In this document: piece by piece, positions 9,450 to 20,438 of the stretch | How positions within the stretch are numbered: position 1 is the first letter of the stretch | Layout: every line of letters begins with the position of its first letter | Assembly (NCBI GenBank): GCA_964535655.1 | Contig: CAZHTP010000006.1 | Span: 1,532 to 65,531, forward strand | Origin: an uncultured Gammaproteobacteria bacterium | GTDB taxonomy: Bacteria > Patescibacteriota > Microgenomatia > JALYQM01 | DNA length: 64,000 nt | Reading direction: 5' to 3' | Translations under genes and position numbers: made by a program | Notes under the pieces: generated by a model | What the model was told of the DNA's origin: nothing | Databases searched by the model: none | Seen by the model: only the letters and a program-made list of their open reading frames with translations

Positions 9450-10543
9450 CCAGAAATTTTATCGAGAACTTTGCCAGTAAAACTTTTTTCAGATTTAATC
9501 ACCGCTCCATTTGCAGCAGAAATAGTCAAGTCCTTTTCAATAGAAATCGGAATAAACCAAAGTATTTTTTTATCTTTTACTCCATGAATACGATAAACTA
9601 ATTGCCCATTAGCCATTTCAAGTCGAAATACATTGGTAACACCAGCAAGCTCCTTAGAACCAAGTGTCGCCCCCGACTCTCCTTCAATTCGATCAATTAC
9701 CCCATCCTTTTGTAGCCCTTCAATCGCCTTATTCGGCAACAATGTAATCGTTTTATTCCCATCAGGAGTAGAAACCGACAAAACATTTGTCTGCAGATTA
9801 ATCGAGACAGGAAGGTTTGTTTTAGCACCAACATCGCTCTTAAACAACACTAATGAGTTACCACTCGCAGAAGCAATTTTAATTTGATCGTTACCTTCTT
9901 TATCTTCCAAAGTTAACACATCATCCTCAAGCATCAAGTCATCTATAGTACTATCCTCTCCTGGCCCCAAAAGGCGTAATCCATCCTCACTAGATTCAAC
10001 TTCAATCTCTCTCTCCTTTTCTAAACCACTAGAAGACACATCTTCCTTTGCAGCAGCAGCATCAAGATCGTCTAGTTCCTGTAATACCTTGTCCGAGATT
10101 CCAAATGAATCATCAGATCCTTTACTCTCTGCTCTCTTGGTAGGAGTTACCGTAGCAACTGGTTTAGTAGTAGACACAGTACCGCTCGACGATTGAGGGG
10201 AGGTTAAAGCTTTTGACTCCGTTGAAGCTTTAGGAGTTGATTGGCTTGAACCACCCGATGAAGATCCGCTCCCCGAAGAACCACTCCCCGAATTCTCAGA
10301 TTTTCCTTTACCGCTATCATCGCTATCTATTGAATCACCAAGAACATGTCCACTCCGTACATAATTAACATGTCCATTGCGATCAATTTCCCAAGCAGCC
10401 TGAGCAAATGTAGGGGAAACAAGCACAGTCAAAAGAATGAACAAAATAAAATACCCAAAGTAATAAGACGTTTTACTTTTCATACTACAATAGTAAAAGC
10501 CTACGGAAATATTGTCAAATCGACAAAGTTGCAAGGAAATCAC
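9446..10543 (-). CDS. Secreted Ser/Gly-rich hypothetical protein
   Basis: Signal peptide and low-complexity SGSGSS tract. Confidence 0.5.
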   Translation of the reverse strand: MISLQLCRFDNISVGFYYCSMKSKTSYYFGYFILFILLTVLVSPTFAQAAWEIDRNGHVNYVRSGHVLGDSIDSDDSGKGKSENSGSGSSGSGSSSGGSSQSTPKASTESKALTSPQSSSGTVSTTKPVATVTPTKRAESKGSDDSFGISDKVLQELDDLDAAAAKEDVSSSGLEKEREIEVESSEDGLRLLGPGEDSTIDDLMLEDDVLTLEDKEGNDQIKIASASGNSLVLFKSDVGAKTNLPVSINLQTNVLSVSTPDGNKTITLLPNKAIEGLQKDGVIDRIEGESGATLGSKELAGVTNVFRLEMANGQLVYRIHGVKDKKILWFIPISIEKDLTISAANGAVIKSEKSFTGKVLDKISG

Positions 10544-11096
10544 TCACTGCCGTTTCTAATTCTTCAGGAGTTCCATTATTAGTTACTTCTGCCCGTGCTA
10601 ATTCGAAACAAGCCGTATAATTCATCGCGTTAACTGCAACTATATTCCCTAGTTCAACTTCATCAGCATAAACAAACGCTTCAAAAGTAGCTGGATCTCC
10701 AACTCGATTTCTTGCTTTCATACGATCAAAACGAATATGAGGGTCACAATAGACCTTTAAAACAACAACCTGATCGGGAAACTTATTTTGCAAATACAAT
10801 ATCTCTTCCGCTTGCCTGCATCCATCGATAACGTAATTAAATTTAGAAATATCCACTGACTGAGATAAATAAGCAGCCGCAAAATCTTTTCCTTTCTCTT
10901 TACGGATTTCATTTGCAGTTTTACCAATGTTCTCTCGGGTTAATTCAAGGCCACGTGCTGTCGTCAACTCTCGAAAAACATCAGAGGTTGAGTAAGATAT
11001 AAATCCATGCGACTCTGAGAGGATTTTACAAACCTTTCCTTTACCTGAACCATTTAAACCAACAGGACAAATAATAATATGACGATCGTGCAACAT
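10515..11096 (-). CDS. P-loop nucleotide/nucleoside kinase family protein (CoaE/adenylate kinase-like)
   Basis: N-terminal Walker A GLNGSGKG. About 190 aa, typical of a small kinase fold. Confidence 0.45.
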   Translation of the reverse strand: MLHDRHIIICPVGLNGSGKGKVCKILSESHGFISYSTSDVFRELTTARGLELTRENIGKTANEIRKEKGKDFAAAYLSQSVDISKFNYVIDGCRQAEEILYLQNKFPDQVVVLKVYCDPHIRFDRMKARNRVGDPATFEAFVYADEVELGNIVAVNAMNYTACFELARAEVTNNGTPEELETAVSDFLATLSI

Positions 11097-11141
11097 ATCC
11101 GCTAGTTTAGCATAACAGGCTATTATTGACTACCTATTGAA

Positions 11142-12659
11142 TTGACAAGTAGCACTCTAAGTGATAGAATGCTACCCGTAACAACGCTTGTCTTCATTTG
11201 CCCACACTACTATATGGAAAATCAAATCAAACAAACAGAGAGTAACTTCAAACACTTTAGGAATAGAGCAGAAACAGCCATACTAAAAAGGCCATTCACG
11301 TTCTTTATTGGAACACTTATCGCCTTAGTAGCTCTCATTGGTATAGCAAGTGTTATAAACAAACCAAAAATCGAAACAAAAACTGAAGAAAAACCGGCTA
11401 AAGAGGTCACCCTGTTTTCTATCGGATCAAGTCCAAAAATATTCGCTCAAGCCAGTATACGTAAAAGTGGAATCATCTCAATCTACGCTCAAACTACGGG
11501 GGTTGTTCAGGCTATATATAAAAAAGAAGGAGAAACAGTAAATAAAGGAGCCAATATTTTTTGGATATCAAATACATATACTGGGGGAACTATTTCTTCC
11601 TTACAACGCCAACTCGCTCAAAAAAATTACGAAGCAACAAAAAATAATTTCTCTTTAAATATAGATACTATAGATAAGCAACGCGAACAGGCTCAATTAA
11701 GTAAAAATAACACTGAAGAACTACGCAAGATTACAGATAAATCGGTTCAGGAAAATCATGATCTTCTCGATCTTAACAATAAAATGTATCGCAGTGTTGT
11801 AGATTCAGTAAGCCGCCTCGAGCAAAACACATCTCCTTCCGCCTCTGATTCAGCTCAAATTACCCAGTTAAAAGGTCAGCAAGCACAACTCTCTGCTGCG
11901 ATAAATCAGCTGATGTCGGCAACTCGTAATGCGCAGTATCAAAGAGACACTAATAATCCCCCTGCTAAACTTGCAGATGTTCAATACGATCTAACAATGA
12001 AGCAACTTGAGCTACAAGAACGTAGCACTAACTTGCAATTAGAGATAAATAAACTTAACTATCAGGTTGCTCAAGTCTCTGAAGGGTTAAATTATCCTGG
12101 CTCCCCGGTAACCGGCAAGGTCGAACGTATTAATGCAATTGTCGGACAAACAGTCAGCCCGGGAGATTTACTCGCTGTAGTTTCAACAGGCAGCACATCT
12201 GCTATAGCTGACGCTTTTGTATCAAAGGAAACAGCGCTACGCGCTTCTAAGCTGGATAATTCCATTCTTCATATTGGCAAAAATACCATAGAAGCAACCC
12301 CTGCCTATGTCTCAACTCAACCCACAAGCGGCCAACTATACAGCATTAGCTATCAAATACCAACAAAATACAGTGAAGACCTATCAAATCAAAGTTATAT
12401 TAAAGTAGAAATCCCTCTAGGATCAACCGAAACTGGCGCAACCAAATTCATACCTATCGACGCCGTGTATCAAACCCAAGACGGCGCATATGTATACGTA
12501 GTTGAGAAGAAAGACAATAAAGATATCGCTAAAAGTAAAAAGATTGAACTCGGAGATATAAATGGAAATTATGTTGAAGTAATTTCCGGATTAACCAAAG
12601 ACGACAAAATAATAATTGACCGCAATATTTTAGAGGAAGATGTAGTTAAAGCTAACTAA
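11142..12659 (+). CDS. Efflux RND transporter periplasmic adaptor (membrane fusion protein)
   Basis: N-terminal TM segment, long coiled-coil, C-terminal beta-barrel. Immediately upstream of the RND permease. Confidence 0.7.
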   Translation: MTSSTLSDRMLPVTTLVFICPHYYMENQIKQTESNFKHFRNRAETAILKRPFTFFIGTLIALVALIGIASVINKPKIETKTEEKPAKEVTLFSIGSSPKIFAQASIRKSGIISIYAQTTGVVQAIYKKEGETVNKGANIFWISNTYTGGTISSLQRQLAQKNYEATKNNFSLNIDTIDKQREQAQLSKNNTEELRKITDKSVQENHDLLDLNNKMYRSVVDSVSRLEQNTSPSASDSAQITQLKGQQAQLSAAINQLMSATRNAQYQRDTNNPPAKLADVQYDLTMKQLELQERSTNLQLEINKLNYQVAQVSEGLNYPGSPVTGKVERINAIVGQTVSPGDLLAVVSTGSTSAIADAFVSKETALRASKLDNSILHIGKNTIEATPAYVSTQPTSGQLYSISYQIPTKYSEDLSNQSYIKVEIPLGSTETGATKFIPIDAVYQTQDGAYVYVVEKKDNKDIAKSKKIELGDINGNYVEVISGLTKDDKIIIDRNILEEDVVKAN

Positions 12660-12665
12660 TCGATA

Positions 12666-15600
12666 ATGTCAGACCAAAATCTTTATCTCGATCGGCTTTC
12701 TTTCCCCTCCAAACTCAACTTTGGCTTAGTCGCTTCGTATTTAAAAAACTTCCGACTGACATTGTTACTTCTTATCGCGATTTTAATCGGCGGAATTGTA
12801 AGTTTCTTCAACTTACCACAACGCCTAAACCCACCCATTAATATCCCCATTGTCACCGTATCAACAGTTCTTGCTGGCGCCTCCCCTCAGGATATTGAAA
12901 CATTAGTAACCATTCCGCTTGAAGACCAAATTAATACCGTAAAGGGAGTCGACACTATTTCCTCTACCTCTCAAGACAACCTCTCCATAATCCAGATTCA
13001 ATTTCTATCCGGAACAGATATTAAACAGGCTGAAGCAGACGTGAAATCGGCAGTAGATAAAATAACATCACTTCCAACCGATGCACTAGATCCAAACGTA
13101 AAAGCCTTAGATTTCGAAGACCAGCCTATTTGGACCTTCACACTCTCCACAAATGAAGCAATCCCTACCTTAATGCGAGAATCAGATAAGCTAGAGAAGG
13201 TAATTGCAAAATCTCAGAAAGTTGATCGAGTAACCACATCAGGTTTTGAAACGCAGGAAGTACAAGTGCAGCTATCTCCTGAAAAAATGCGCGAATACGG
13301 CATTAATCCGCAGAATTTAGCTCAGAGTATAAAAAGGGCTGCGAGTAGTTTTCCAGCTGGAAACGTAAACACAGAAACCAATACCTTTTCAGTTACTATT
13401 AACCCTGAAATACAGACCCTGGAAGACATCCGCAATATCCGAATCTCAGTTCAGGGAACAATCGTTCGCTTAGGCGAAATTGCCGATGTGTCTGAACGTC
13501 CTGTAGAGAATCAAGCAAAATCATATATTGCATCAAATAATAGCACTGATCAGCGCGTGGTTCATTTCAGTGTGTACAAAACACGCGATGCAGATATCAA
13601 CAAAACCTCAGATGAAGTAAAAAAAATTGTTGAAGACGAGTTAAATACTACAAATAATCGCTTTAAACTTACAACCGTACTGAATACATCAGACATGATT
13701 CGGACACAATTCACTGACTTACTTGGAGAATTTCAAAGTACTATTTTCTTAGTATTCCTCTGTCTCTTCTTATTTGTCGGTTTACGTCAAGCAATAATCT
13801 CAGCAGTTACAATTCCTCTAACATTTCTTTCGGCCTTCATTTTTATGAATATGGTTGGCATGTCAATCAACTTCTTAACACTGTTCGCCTTTTTACTTTC
13901 ACTCGGGTTACTCGTCGACGACACTATCGTTATTGTGTCAGCAATGACTACCTATTTCAAAAATGGTAAATTCAGCACTAAAGAAACTGGGTTACTCGTG
14001 TGGAGAGATTTCATTGTTCCAATCTGGTCAACCACTATCACAACAATTTGGGCATTCGTTCCCCTGCTACTTGCAACAGGCATCATTGGCGAGTTTATTA
14101 AGCCAATCCCAATTGTTATTTCCATAGTAATGATCTCCTCAACAGCAATCGCAGTTCTTATCACCTTGCCGCTCATGATGATCATTCTAAAGCCTCAGTT
14201 CCCTGATCGCATAAAAAAGCTATTCCGAATACTATTTTTTATCCTTGCAATAGTAGTAATTGTAATAATTTCACCTAAAAACATCCTACTGCCATTTATA
14301 GTTGTTGCGTATTTCGCTGTCTTGGGCATTCTCATCACCATTAGATCAATAATTAAGTCACGATCACAGCAAGTCATCGCAAGAAGTAAACCGGCCAGCA
14401 CAGTTACCTCAATCATTAAAAGATATATGGATCGACCAGTATTGAATTTAGATATTGTTGCGCATGCCTACTATAAGTTAATAAATCGGATTTTAGATAA
14501 TAAATTATCCAGGCGTAAAATTATCGCAGCCATTATTATATTTGCCCTCGTATCATATGCCCTAGTTCCACTAGGATTCGTTAAAAATGAATTTTTCCCT
14601 AAAACCGATGAGGACTATGTCTATGTAAATATTGAATATCCTGCCGGAACCAATACTCAGGCGCTAAATGACGAAGCAGTACAGATGCTTAACGATCTAC
14701 GAAAAACAAACGAAACAATATTTGTTGCCATGGACATCGGCCGCGCAGCCGGTGGAGGCAACCTAGGACCAAGTGGAAGCCAAAGCACGGTTGCCTATAC
14801 CCTTCATTTAAAACCGAAAGCCGAACGACATGTTCCTTCTATGGATGTAGCTGAACAACTTCGCAAAAAACTTGCTGGATACACCAAAGGAACAGTTTCT
14901 GTAGTTGAAGAAAGTGGCGGGCCACCTGCTGGATCAGATTTACAAATTGAGCTCTCAGGTGACGATTTAAATACCGTAGATTCCTACGCTGATAAAGTAA
15001 TGGACTATCTAAAAACTCGGCACGGAGTAAATAACGTCAGTAAATCTCTCAAACAAGGAACAAGCCAAATTGTCTTTGTTCCCAATGAAGAAGAATTAAG
15101 CAAAGCTGGTATCACAACAGATACCATCGGCTTTACAATACGCACCTTCACTAGTGGGCTTGAACTGGACAGCATAAAATTTAAAAATAATGGCAATGAC
15201 AAAGAAAAAGTAATACTCATAGTTGGTGATGGAACAAAAACGCTCGATGAGTTAAATCAAATCACAATTCCTTCAGGTAAAAATAATATTCCGATCTCTT
15301 CACTAGGAACGTTTCAAACGCAGCAAAGTCCTACTCAAATTTCCCGATCAGACCGCAAACGAACAATTACCGTTTCGGCTGGAGTCCAGGTAGGTCAGGC
15401 TAATGTCACTGATGAAGGTCAACATCTTGAACAATTTGCTACGAAAAAGCTCAATCTTCCCGATGGCTATGCGTGGAAAACGGGTGGTGTAAACGAAGAA
15501 AATGCTAAATCAATTCAATCAATTGTGCAAGCAATGGGCGTTGCCTTTTTACTAATCTTAGTAACAATGGTGATACAGTTTGGATCATTTCGACAAGCGT

Positions 15601-16016
15601 TTATCGCGCTTATCGTTATTCCACTCGCTGTCTCCAGTGTATTTTTTGTTTTCGCACTAACGGGAACTCCGCTTTCATTCCCAGCACTCATTGGAATATT
15701 GGCACTGTTCGGAATCATCGTTACCAACTCAATGTTTATTATCGACAAAATAAATTTAAACAAACGAGAAGGGCTTCCCTTTAAAGAAGCTATCGCAGAC
15801 GCCGGAGCGTCACGACTTGAGCCAATCGTACTAACAAAATTGTGTACAGTATTAGGACTATTACCTATTACATTGGCAGAACCGCTATGGCGTGGATTAG
15901 GCGGAGCTATCATCGCAGGAGTACTTTTAGCATCAACTTTTATGCTGCTCTTTATTCCGGTAGTATACTACTCCTTATTCATTAAAGAAGAAACCGCTTC
16001 AAAATTTGCCCCATAA
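12666..16016 (+). CDS. Efflux RND transporter permease subunit (AcrB/MMPL family)
   Basis: 1116 aa, 12-TM topology with two large periplasmic loops. Conserved RND TM4/TM10 motifs. Confidence 0.85.
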   Translation: MSDQNLYLDRLSFPSKLNFGLVASYLKNFRLTLLLLIAILIGGIVSFFNLPQRLNPPINIPIVTVSTVLAGASPQDIETLVTIPLEDQINTVKGVDTISSTSQDNLSIIQIQFLSGTDIKQAEADVKSAVDKITSLPTDALDPNVKALDFEDQPIWTFTLSTNEAIPTLMRESDKLEKVIAKSQKVDRVTTSGFETQEVQVQLSPEKMREYGINPQNLAQSIKRAASSFPAGNVNTETNTFSVTINPEIQTLEDIRNIRISVQGTIVRLGEIADVSERPVENQAKSYIASNNSTDQRVVHFSVYKTRDADINKTSDEVKKIVEDELNTTNNRFKLTTVLNTSDMIRTQFTDLLGEFQSTIFLVFLCLFLFVGLRQAIISAVTIPLTFLSAFIFMNMVGMSINFLTLFAFLLSLGLLVDDTIVIVSAMTTYFKNGKFSTKETGLLVWRDFIVPIWSTTITTIWAFVPLLLATGIIGEFIKPIPIVISIVMISSTAIAVLITLPLMMIILKPQFPDRIKKLFRILFFILAIVVIVIISPKNILLPFIVVAYFAVLGILITIRSIIKSRSQQVIARSKPASTVTSIIKRYMDRPVLNLDIVAHAYYKLINRILDNKLSRRKIIAAIIIFALVSYALVPLGFVKNEFFPKTDEDYVYVNIEYPAGTNTQALNDEAVQMLNDLRKTNETIFVAMDIGRAAGGGNLGPSGSQSTVAYTLHLKPKAERHVPSMDVAEQLRKKLAGYTKGTVSVVEESGGPPAGSDLQIELSGDDLNTVDSYADKVMDYLKTRHGVNNVSKSLKQGTSQIVFVPNEEELSKAGITTDTIGFTIRTFTSGLELDSIKFKNNGNDKEKVILIVGDGTKTLDELNQITIPSGKNNIPISSLGTFQTQQSPTQISRSDRKRTITVSAGVQVGQANVTDEGQHLEQFATKKLNLPDGYAWKTGGVNEENAKSIQSIVQAMGVAFLLILVTMVIQFGSFRQAFIALIVIPLAVSSVFFVFALTGTPLSFPALIGILALFGIIVTNSMFIIDKINLNKREGLPFKEAIADAGASRLEPIVLTKLCTVLGLLPITLAEPLWRGLGGAIIAGVLLASTFMLLFIPVVYYSLFIKEETASKFAP

Positions 16017-16696
16017 TAATTCTTTAAATTACCAGACACCCAGCCAAAAAAGGATTGATCTTTATTCACAAAAAAATCATGGCTATGGTGCACAAATCCT
16101 GCTGGCTCAAGGATCACGGAATTATAAAGGTGATGAAATGGGGCAAGATCCGCTCTATTGACGCTTCTATAAAGTGGAAGAAATGGTGAGGATTTAAAGA
16201 ATTCATGACTGCTTTTTACATACTCACCTTTTCGATGCGTATCAGTAATAAAATCATTAGCTCGTTCCAACGATCTACTCGCTGCAAAAACATCTCTACT
16301 TAACTCCACACTGAGTAAGTTAATGAAGGCTCGCAAATCAGGAATAACTACTTCAATTAAATAAGATGGCATCTGTTGCGGACTTGTCAACGTATCGCGA
16401 TATTTCAGGTAAAAGTTTTCCCAGAGCAAAACTCCAGCTAGTGCGCTATGAATTTTATTTTCCTTATCAGACAACCTTAATTTATCAGAAATTTCATGAA
16501 CAAAAGAAGGTAGTAAATCTTGCGGAATCATCCATTCAGGTAACAAAGGTCCTAGCAGCTGTTCTGCTCCTTTTCGGTGAATAGAGCCACGGCTCACGGC
16601 AACAGGCTTACTAGGTTTATACGATATTCTTCGACGAAGTATTGCAACTTTATCCATTGCAAAATCATTGGGTTTTTCTAAATCTAACTCAACCAT
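15968..16696 (-). CDS. Hypothetical protein
   Basis: 242-aa ORF with coding-like composition. No recognized domain. Confidence 0.4.
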   Translation of the reverse strand: MVELDLEKPNDFAMDKVAILRRRISYKPSKPVAVSRGSIHRKGAEQLLGPLLPEWMIPQDLLPSFVHEISDKLRLSDKENKIHSALAGVLLWENFYLKYRDTLTSPQQMPSYLIEVVIPDLRAFINLLSVELSRDVFAASRSLERANDFITDTHRKGEYVKSSHEFFKSSPFLPLYRSVNRADLAPFHHLYNSVILEPAGFVHHSHDFFVNKDQSFFGWVSGNLKNYYGANFEAVSSLMNKE

Positions 16697-16793
16697 AAAA
16701 AAAGGCGCTCAGTGAGCGTCATTTAAAAGATAAATATAATGAAACAGAAACCAATTGTAGCATTAATTAAAGACAAAAAGAAGCATTAATTAA

Positions 16794-17984
16794 CTAGTGA
16801 TAATACTTTTTCCCCTTCAACTTATCCGGTAGCAAATCCTTATCCGTATACGCCTCATATCCCTTCCCATAGCCTATTTCCCTCATTAATTTAGTAGGTG
16901 CGTTCCGCAAGTTTAGTGGAATCGGCAAATTTCCAGTCTGCTTTACATCAGCAAGGGCGGTAAAATAAGCATCATATGAAGATCTGTTTTTAGGTGCACC
17001 TGCAAGGTATGCAACACCATGCGCCAGATTAATCTGACACTCTGGATACCCAATTGTCTCACAGGCACGAAACACTTCGTTAGCAACAACAAGCGCCGTT
17101 GGCTGAGCCATCCCAATATCTTCACTCGCAAAAATAACCATTCTTCGAGCAATAAACAAAGCGTCTTCTCCTGCTTCCACCATCCGTGCCAAATAATATA
17201 ATGCCGCATCGACATTCGAAGCGCGCATCGACTTAATAAATGCCGAAATAGTATTGTAATGCTCTTCACCACCCTTATCATAACCCAAACTGCGCCGCTG
17301 CATCGATTCTTCAACCAGCTCCTTAGTAAGTTGAATAGAGTCTCCACCACTTTCAGCCGCAACCATCACCGCTACTTCAAGCGTGTTAAGAAGACGTCGC
17401 GCATCACCAGTTGAACCCTCAATCAAAAAGTCTACGGCATCCTCATCAGCCTGCACAGAGTAAGCTCCTAAACCATTCTCTATATCTTCTAGAGCTCGCT
17501 GCACCACTTCCTTAAGTTCATTTTCAGACAATTGCTGAAGCACAAATACCCGAGCGCGGGATAACAACGGACCAATCACTTCAAAGGAAGGGTTCTCCGT
17601 TGTCGCACCTATTAAAATTATTTTTCCATTTTCAACAAGCGGCAAAAACACATCCTGTTGAGCCTTATTAAATCGATGAATTTCATCAACAAAAACAATT
17701 GGGGTAAAAAGCTGAAGACCTTCGCCAAATTCTCCAATCATCTTCTTAATCTCGGCGATTCCAGTCGTAACGGCGCTAAATTCCAAAAAATCACTTTCAC
17801 TTTCTTTAGCAAGCAGCCGCGCCAAAGTAGTCTTGCCTACTCCCGGAGGTCCCCATAATATCATTGAAAATAATTTCTTTTGCTCTAATGCGCGGCGAAG
17901 TAGCTTGCCTTTACCAAGTAGGTGCTTTTGGCCAATATAGTCATCAATTTTTTTCGGACGAAGCCTATCTGCAAGAGGAATCAT
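16794..17984 (-). CDS. rarA: Replication-associated recombination protein A (AAA+ ATPase)
   Basis: Walker A MILWGPPGVGKTTLARLLA. MgsA/RarA family length and C-terminal domain. Confidence 0.9.
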   Translation of the reverse strand: MIPLADRLRPKKIDDYIGQKHLLGKGKLLRRALEQKKLFSMILWGPPGVGKTTLARLLAKESESDFLEFSAVTTGIAEIKKMIGEFGEGLQLFTPIVFVDEIHRFNKAQQDVFLPLVENGKIILIGATTENPSFEVIGPLLSRARVFVLQQLSENELKEVVQRALEDIENGLGAYSVQADEDAVDFLIEGSTGDARRLLNTLEVAVMVAAESGGDSIQLTKELVEESMQRRSLGYDKGGEEHYNTISAFIKSMRASNVDAALYYLARMVEAGEDALFIARRMVIFASEDIGMAQPTALVVANEVFRACETIGYPECQINLAHGVAYLAGAPKNRSSYDAYFTALADVKQTGNLPIPLNLRNAPTKLMREIGYGKGYEAYTDKDLLPDKLKGKKYYH

Positions 17985-18061
17985 TTATCAATTCTACCCG
18001 AATAAAAACCAAACAACAAGAAGAAAACCAACTAAAACTATCTCAATGATATAATCATAGC

Positions 18062-18400
18062 ATGGAAAAAGAACCTTCTCCTGAAAACAGCACTTCAAGT
18101 CCATCTACTGGAGGTAGTTTTATCACTCTTCAAAAAGCCATCGAGCTCGGTGAATACGAGCCAATGGTGTTAGCCAGATTTGATGAGTGGCACAAATTAA
18201 GTATCCATGCACAGTTCCAACTGGTACGAAAAGGCCTAGATAATCGTGAACATCAAATAGTTAGCGAATGGGCTGAAGTAAACAACGTGCTGGATTTTAG
18301 CAAAAAGCCTGAATTACAGCCAGTACTCCGCAATCTAGAAGCACAACGAAAAAAGATACTACGTGATCGCGAGCGCCTGTATATAGAGTTTACAAAATAG
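18062..18400 (+). CDS. Hypothetical protein
   Basis: 112-aa ORF followed by hairpin caaggagagacattccttg. Confidence 0.4.
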   Translation: MEKEPSPENSTSSPSTGGSFITLQKAIELGEYEPMVLARFDEWHKLSIHAQFQLVRKGLDNREHQIVSEWAEVNNVLDFSKKPELQPVLRNLEAQRKKILRDRERLYIEFTK

Positions 18401-18514
18401 TCACTTTTCCCTTCCATTCTCAATTAAAATCTTGAGCATATCACGAGTATTCTTCATCGTTTCAAGGAGAGACATTCCTTGAGAATCAACAACCGCTTGA
18501 TAACCAACACCATG

Positions 18515-19180
18515 CTACACTCTTTTATATTGAATATACAAAACATACGGCAAAATACTGCCTAAATTTAAGCATCCTGCTAAAATAAACAAAGTCATGA
18601 AACCAAATTGATGTGCAACTAACCCACCAGCAAAAGCCGTCAGCGCCATACTAAACATCGCCAGAGCGTCCTGAATACTCCATTCAAACGCTTCCTTATG
18701 AGGATCAAGATGAGAAGAAAAAAGAGAGTTTTTTGCTGGCGAGGCAACTCCTAAACCAAATCCAGCCAACGCATAAAACAAATACACCATGAAGGAAGTA
18801 GTACTAAAAGCAAAACCAAAATAGGCTAAACTCATCGCCGAAATCCCAAAAATACTAAACACAAATTTAGTAAGGTCGCCGGAATTGAGCAGCAACCTAC
18901 CACTAATAAGTTCAAATACAACGCGTGACATCAAATAAATACTATAAGCAAAGGCCGCAGTTTCAATATTTCCGCCTTTAAGTGTAACTGCATAGAGCGC
19001 AAAAATAGGAGTTATAGCATTCCAAGCCGACCACAACATCATCTCGGATAAAATAAACACCTTAATTACTGGATCCATCTGGAAATGCGACGGCGATTTA
19101 CCCAAGAAAATCTCTTTAATCATTACTAGTAGTTTAGCAAAGCCATCGAGGAAAGAGTATATGGTGACCTTCTTTGCCAA
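18515..19180 (-). CDS. MFS transporter, C-terminal 6-TM half only. Likely truncated or a pseudogene.
   Basis: 221 aa with six TM helices resembling MFS TM7-12. The annotated 5' end lies inside repeat element B. Confidence 0.4.
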   Translation of the reverse strand: MAKKVTIYSFLDGFAKLLVMIKEIFLGKSPSHFQMDPVIKVFILSEMMLWSAWNAITPIFALYAVTLKGGNIETAAFAYSIYLMSRVVFELISGRLLLNSGDLTKFVFSIFGISAMSLAYFGFAFSTTSFMVYLFYALAGFGLGVASPAKNSLFSSHLDPHKEAFEWSIQDALAMFSMALTAFAGGLVAHQFGFMTLFILAGCLNLGSILPYVLYIQYKRV

Positions 19181-19253
19181 ACCCTAAACGGCAAAGTAGC
19201 GCTTCTTAACGCGCTATATACATATAGCGCGTTAAGCGTGTCACCATATACTC
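19155..19253 (+). repeat. Structured ~99-bp element, copy B (MITE-like or small structured RNA)
   Basis: Perfect 14-bp terminal inverted repeats gagtatatggtgac/gtcaccatatactc. Inner cttctttgcc/ggcaaagtag identical to copy A. A 32-bp perfect palindrome. Confidence 0.5.
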
Positions 19254-19275
19254 GTCCGAGTTGGTTTTGAAACGC

Positions 19276-19884
19276 TTAATACCCTAAAACTTCCTTCACC
19301 AACACAACAGTCGCCCTATTGCGATCAGCATTAACAATCAGAATTTTATTCACATTACTGCCAGGAACGCCATATGCTTTTTGTGCACGAACACTCTCAA
19401 GCGGCAAACTATGCTCATAAATACGCTTCATTCCCTCATCCATATCTTTAACCAACTTCTGCGTACCAACAACATACACCACATGCCCGGCTCCATACGC
19501 ATAAGAAGCCAACTGACTCCCCGTTCCCGAAGCAATCAGTAGCTGCCCCGATTCAGTAACCGCGTGCACACTACCTACAACCCAATTCGGAGTACTACGC
19601 AGTTTACGAATTTCATCCCCTTGAGTTGTATGATCTAAAGCGAAAATTTCTTCGTGTGCAGCCTTATAACGACCAGATTCACGAATTTCCTTAGCAATAC
19701 CAGTTGTTGCCAAAGTCTCCGATGTGCTATCAAAAACCTGCTCGCCTTCAGGAATAACTTCAAAAACAATCCGTTTTGCATCCTCACCGTTCTCAGCAAC
19801 TTTTACCACAAAACCATGCTCTTCAAGAGCAGCAACTGTAGCTTGCAAACGTTCATCACTTGCAAGTGTAGTCCAATCAGACAT
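19276..19884 (-). CDS. LUD (DUF162) domain protein, LutB/LutC-like
   Basis: LUD-domain-like sequence pattern. Likely start at MSDW. Confidence 0.55.
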   Translation of the reverse strand: MSDWTTLASDERLQATVAALEEHGFVVKVAENGEDAKRIVFEVIPEGEQVFDSTSETLATTGIAKEIRESGRYKAAHEEIFALDHTTQGDEIRKLRSTPNWVVGSVHAVTESGQLLIASGTGSQLASYAYGAGHVVYVVGTQKLVKDMDEGMKRIYEHSLPLESVRAQKAYGVPGSNVNKILIVNADRNRATVVLVKEVLGY

Positions 19885-20018
19885 AAAAATCCTCCATAAA
19901 AATACAAATAAAGGCTTCCTCGCCAAAAACCTAATTAGAGTATACTCCAATACTTCAATAAGTAAAGTAGTTACAAATAGTATAGTAAATATCCAAGATA
20001 TATGTTATAATTATTTCC

Positions 20019-20375
20019 ATGGAGCAAATACCAATCATCATCAAGCACAAAAAAACCAAAAAAAACCAGTTAGACGATAAAACCTGTGGAGTAACCAAAA
20101 CGATTAAAATAATTGGAAGTAAGTGGACAATTCTTATTTTGTATAATCTCTTAGTAGGCCCACGTCGCTTCGGTGAACTCCAAAAACTCTTAACCGGCAT
20201 AAGTCCCCGCACGTTATCACTTCGCCTCGCCGAACTAGAAGAAGACGGCTTAATTTCTAAAAAAATTTTCGCCGAAGTCCCCCCTCATGTCGAATATACC
20301 TTGACTAAAAAAGGACAAACACTAAACGACATAATTTGCAAAATGCGCGATTGGGGTGAAAACTCCGAAATGTAA
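20019..20375 (+). CDS. HxlR family transcriptional regulator
   Basis: CGVTKTIKIIGSKWTILIL...FGELQK...ISPRTLSLRL winged HTH. Confidence 0.8.
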   Translation: MEQIPIIIKHKKTKKNQLDDKTCGVTKTIKIIGSKWTILILYNLLVGPRRFGELQKLLTGISPRTLSLRLAELEEDGLISKKIFAEVPPHVEYTLTKKGQTLNDIICKMRDWGENSEM

Positions 20376-20438
20376 TTTTTAAATCTCGTTTTCATCCCGA
20401 GCATAAGTTGCTCGGGGGGAATCTTCCAATATTTAATA

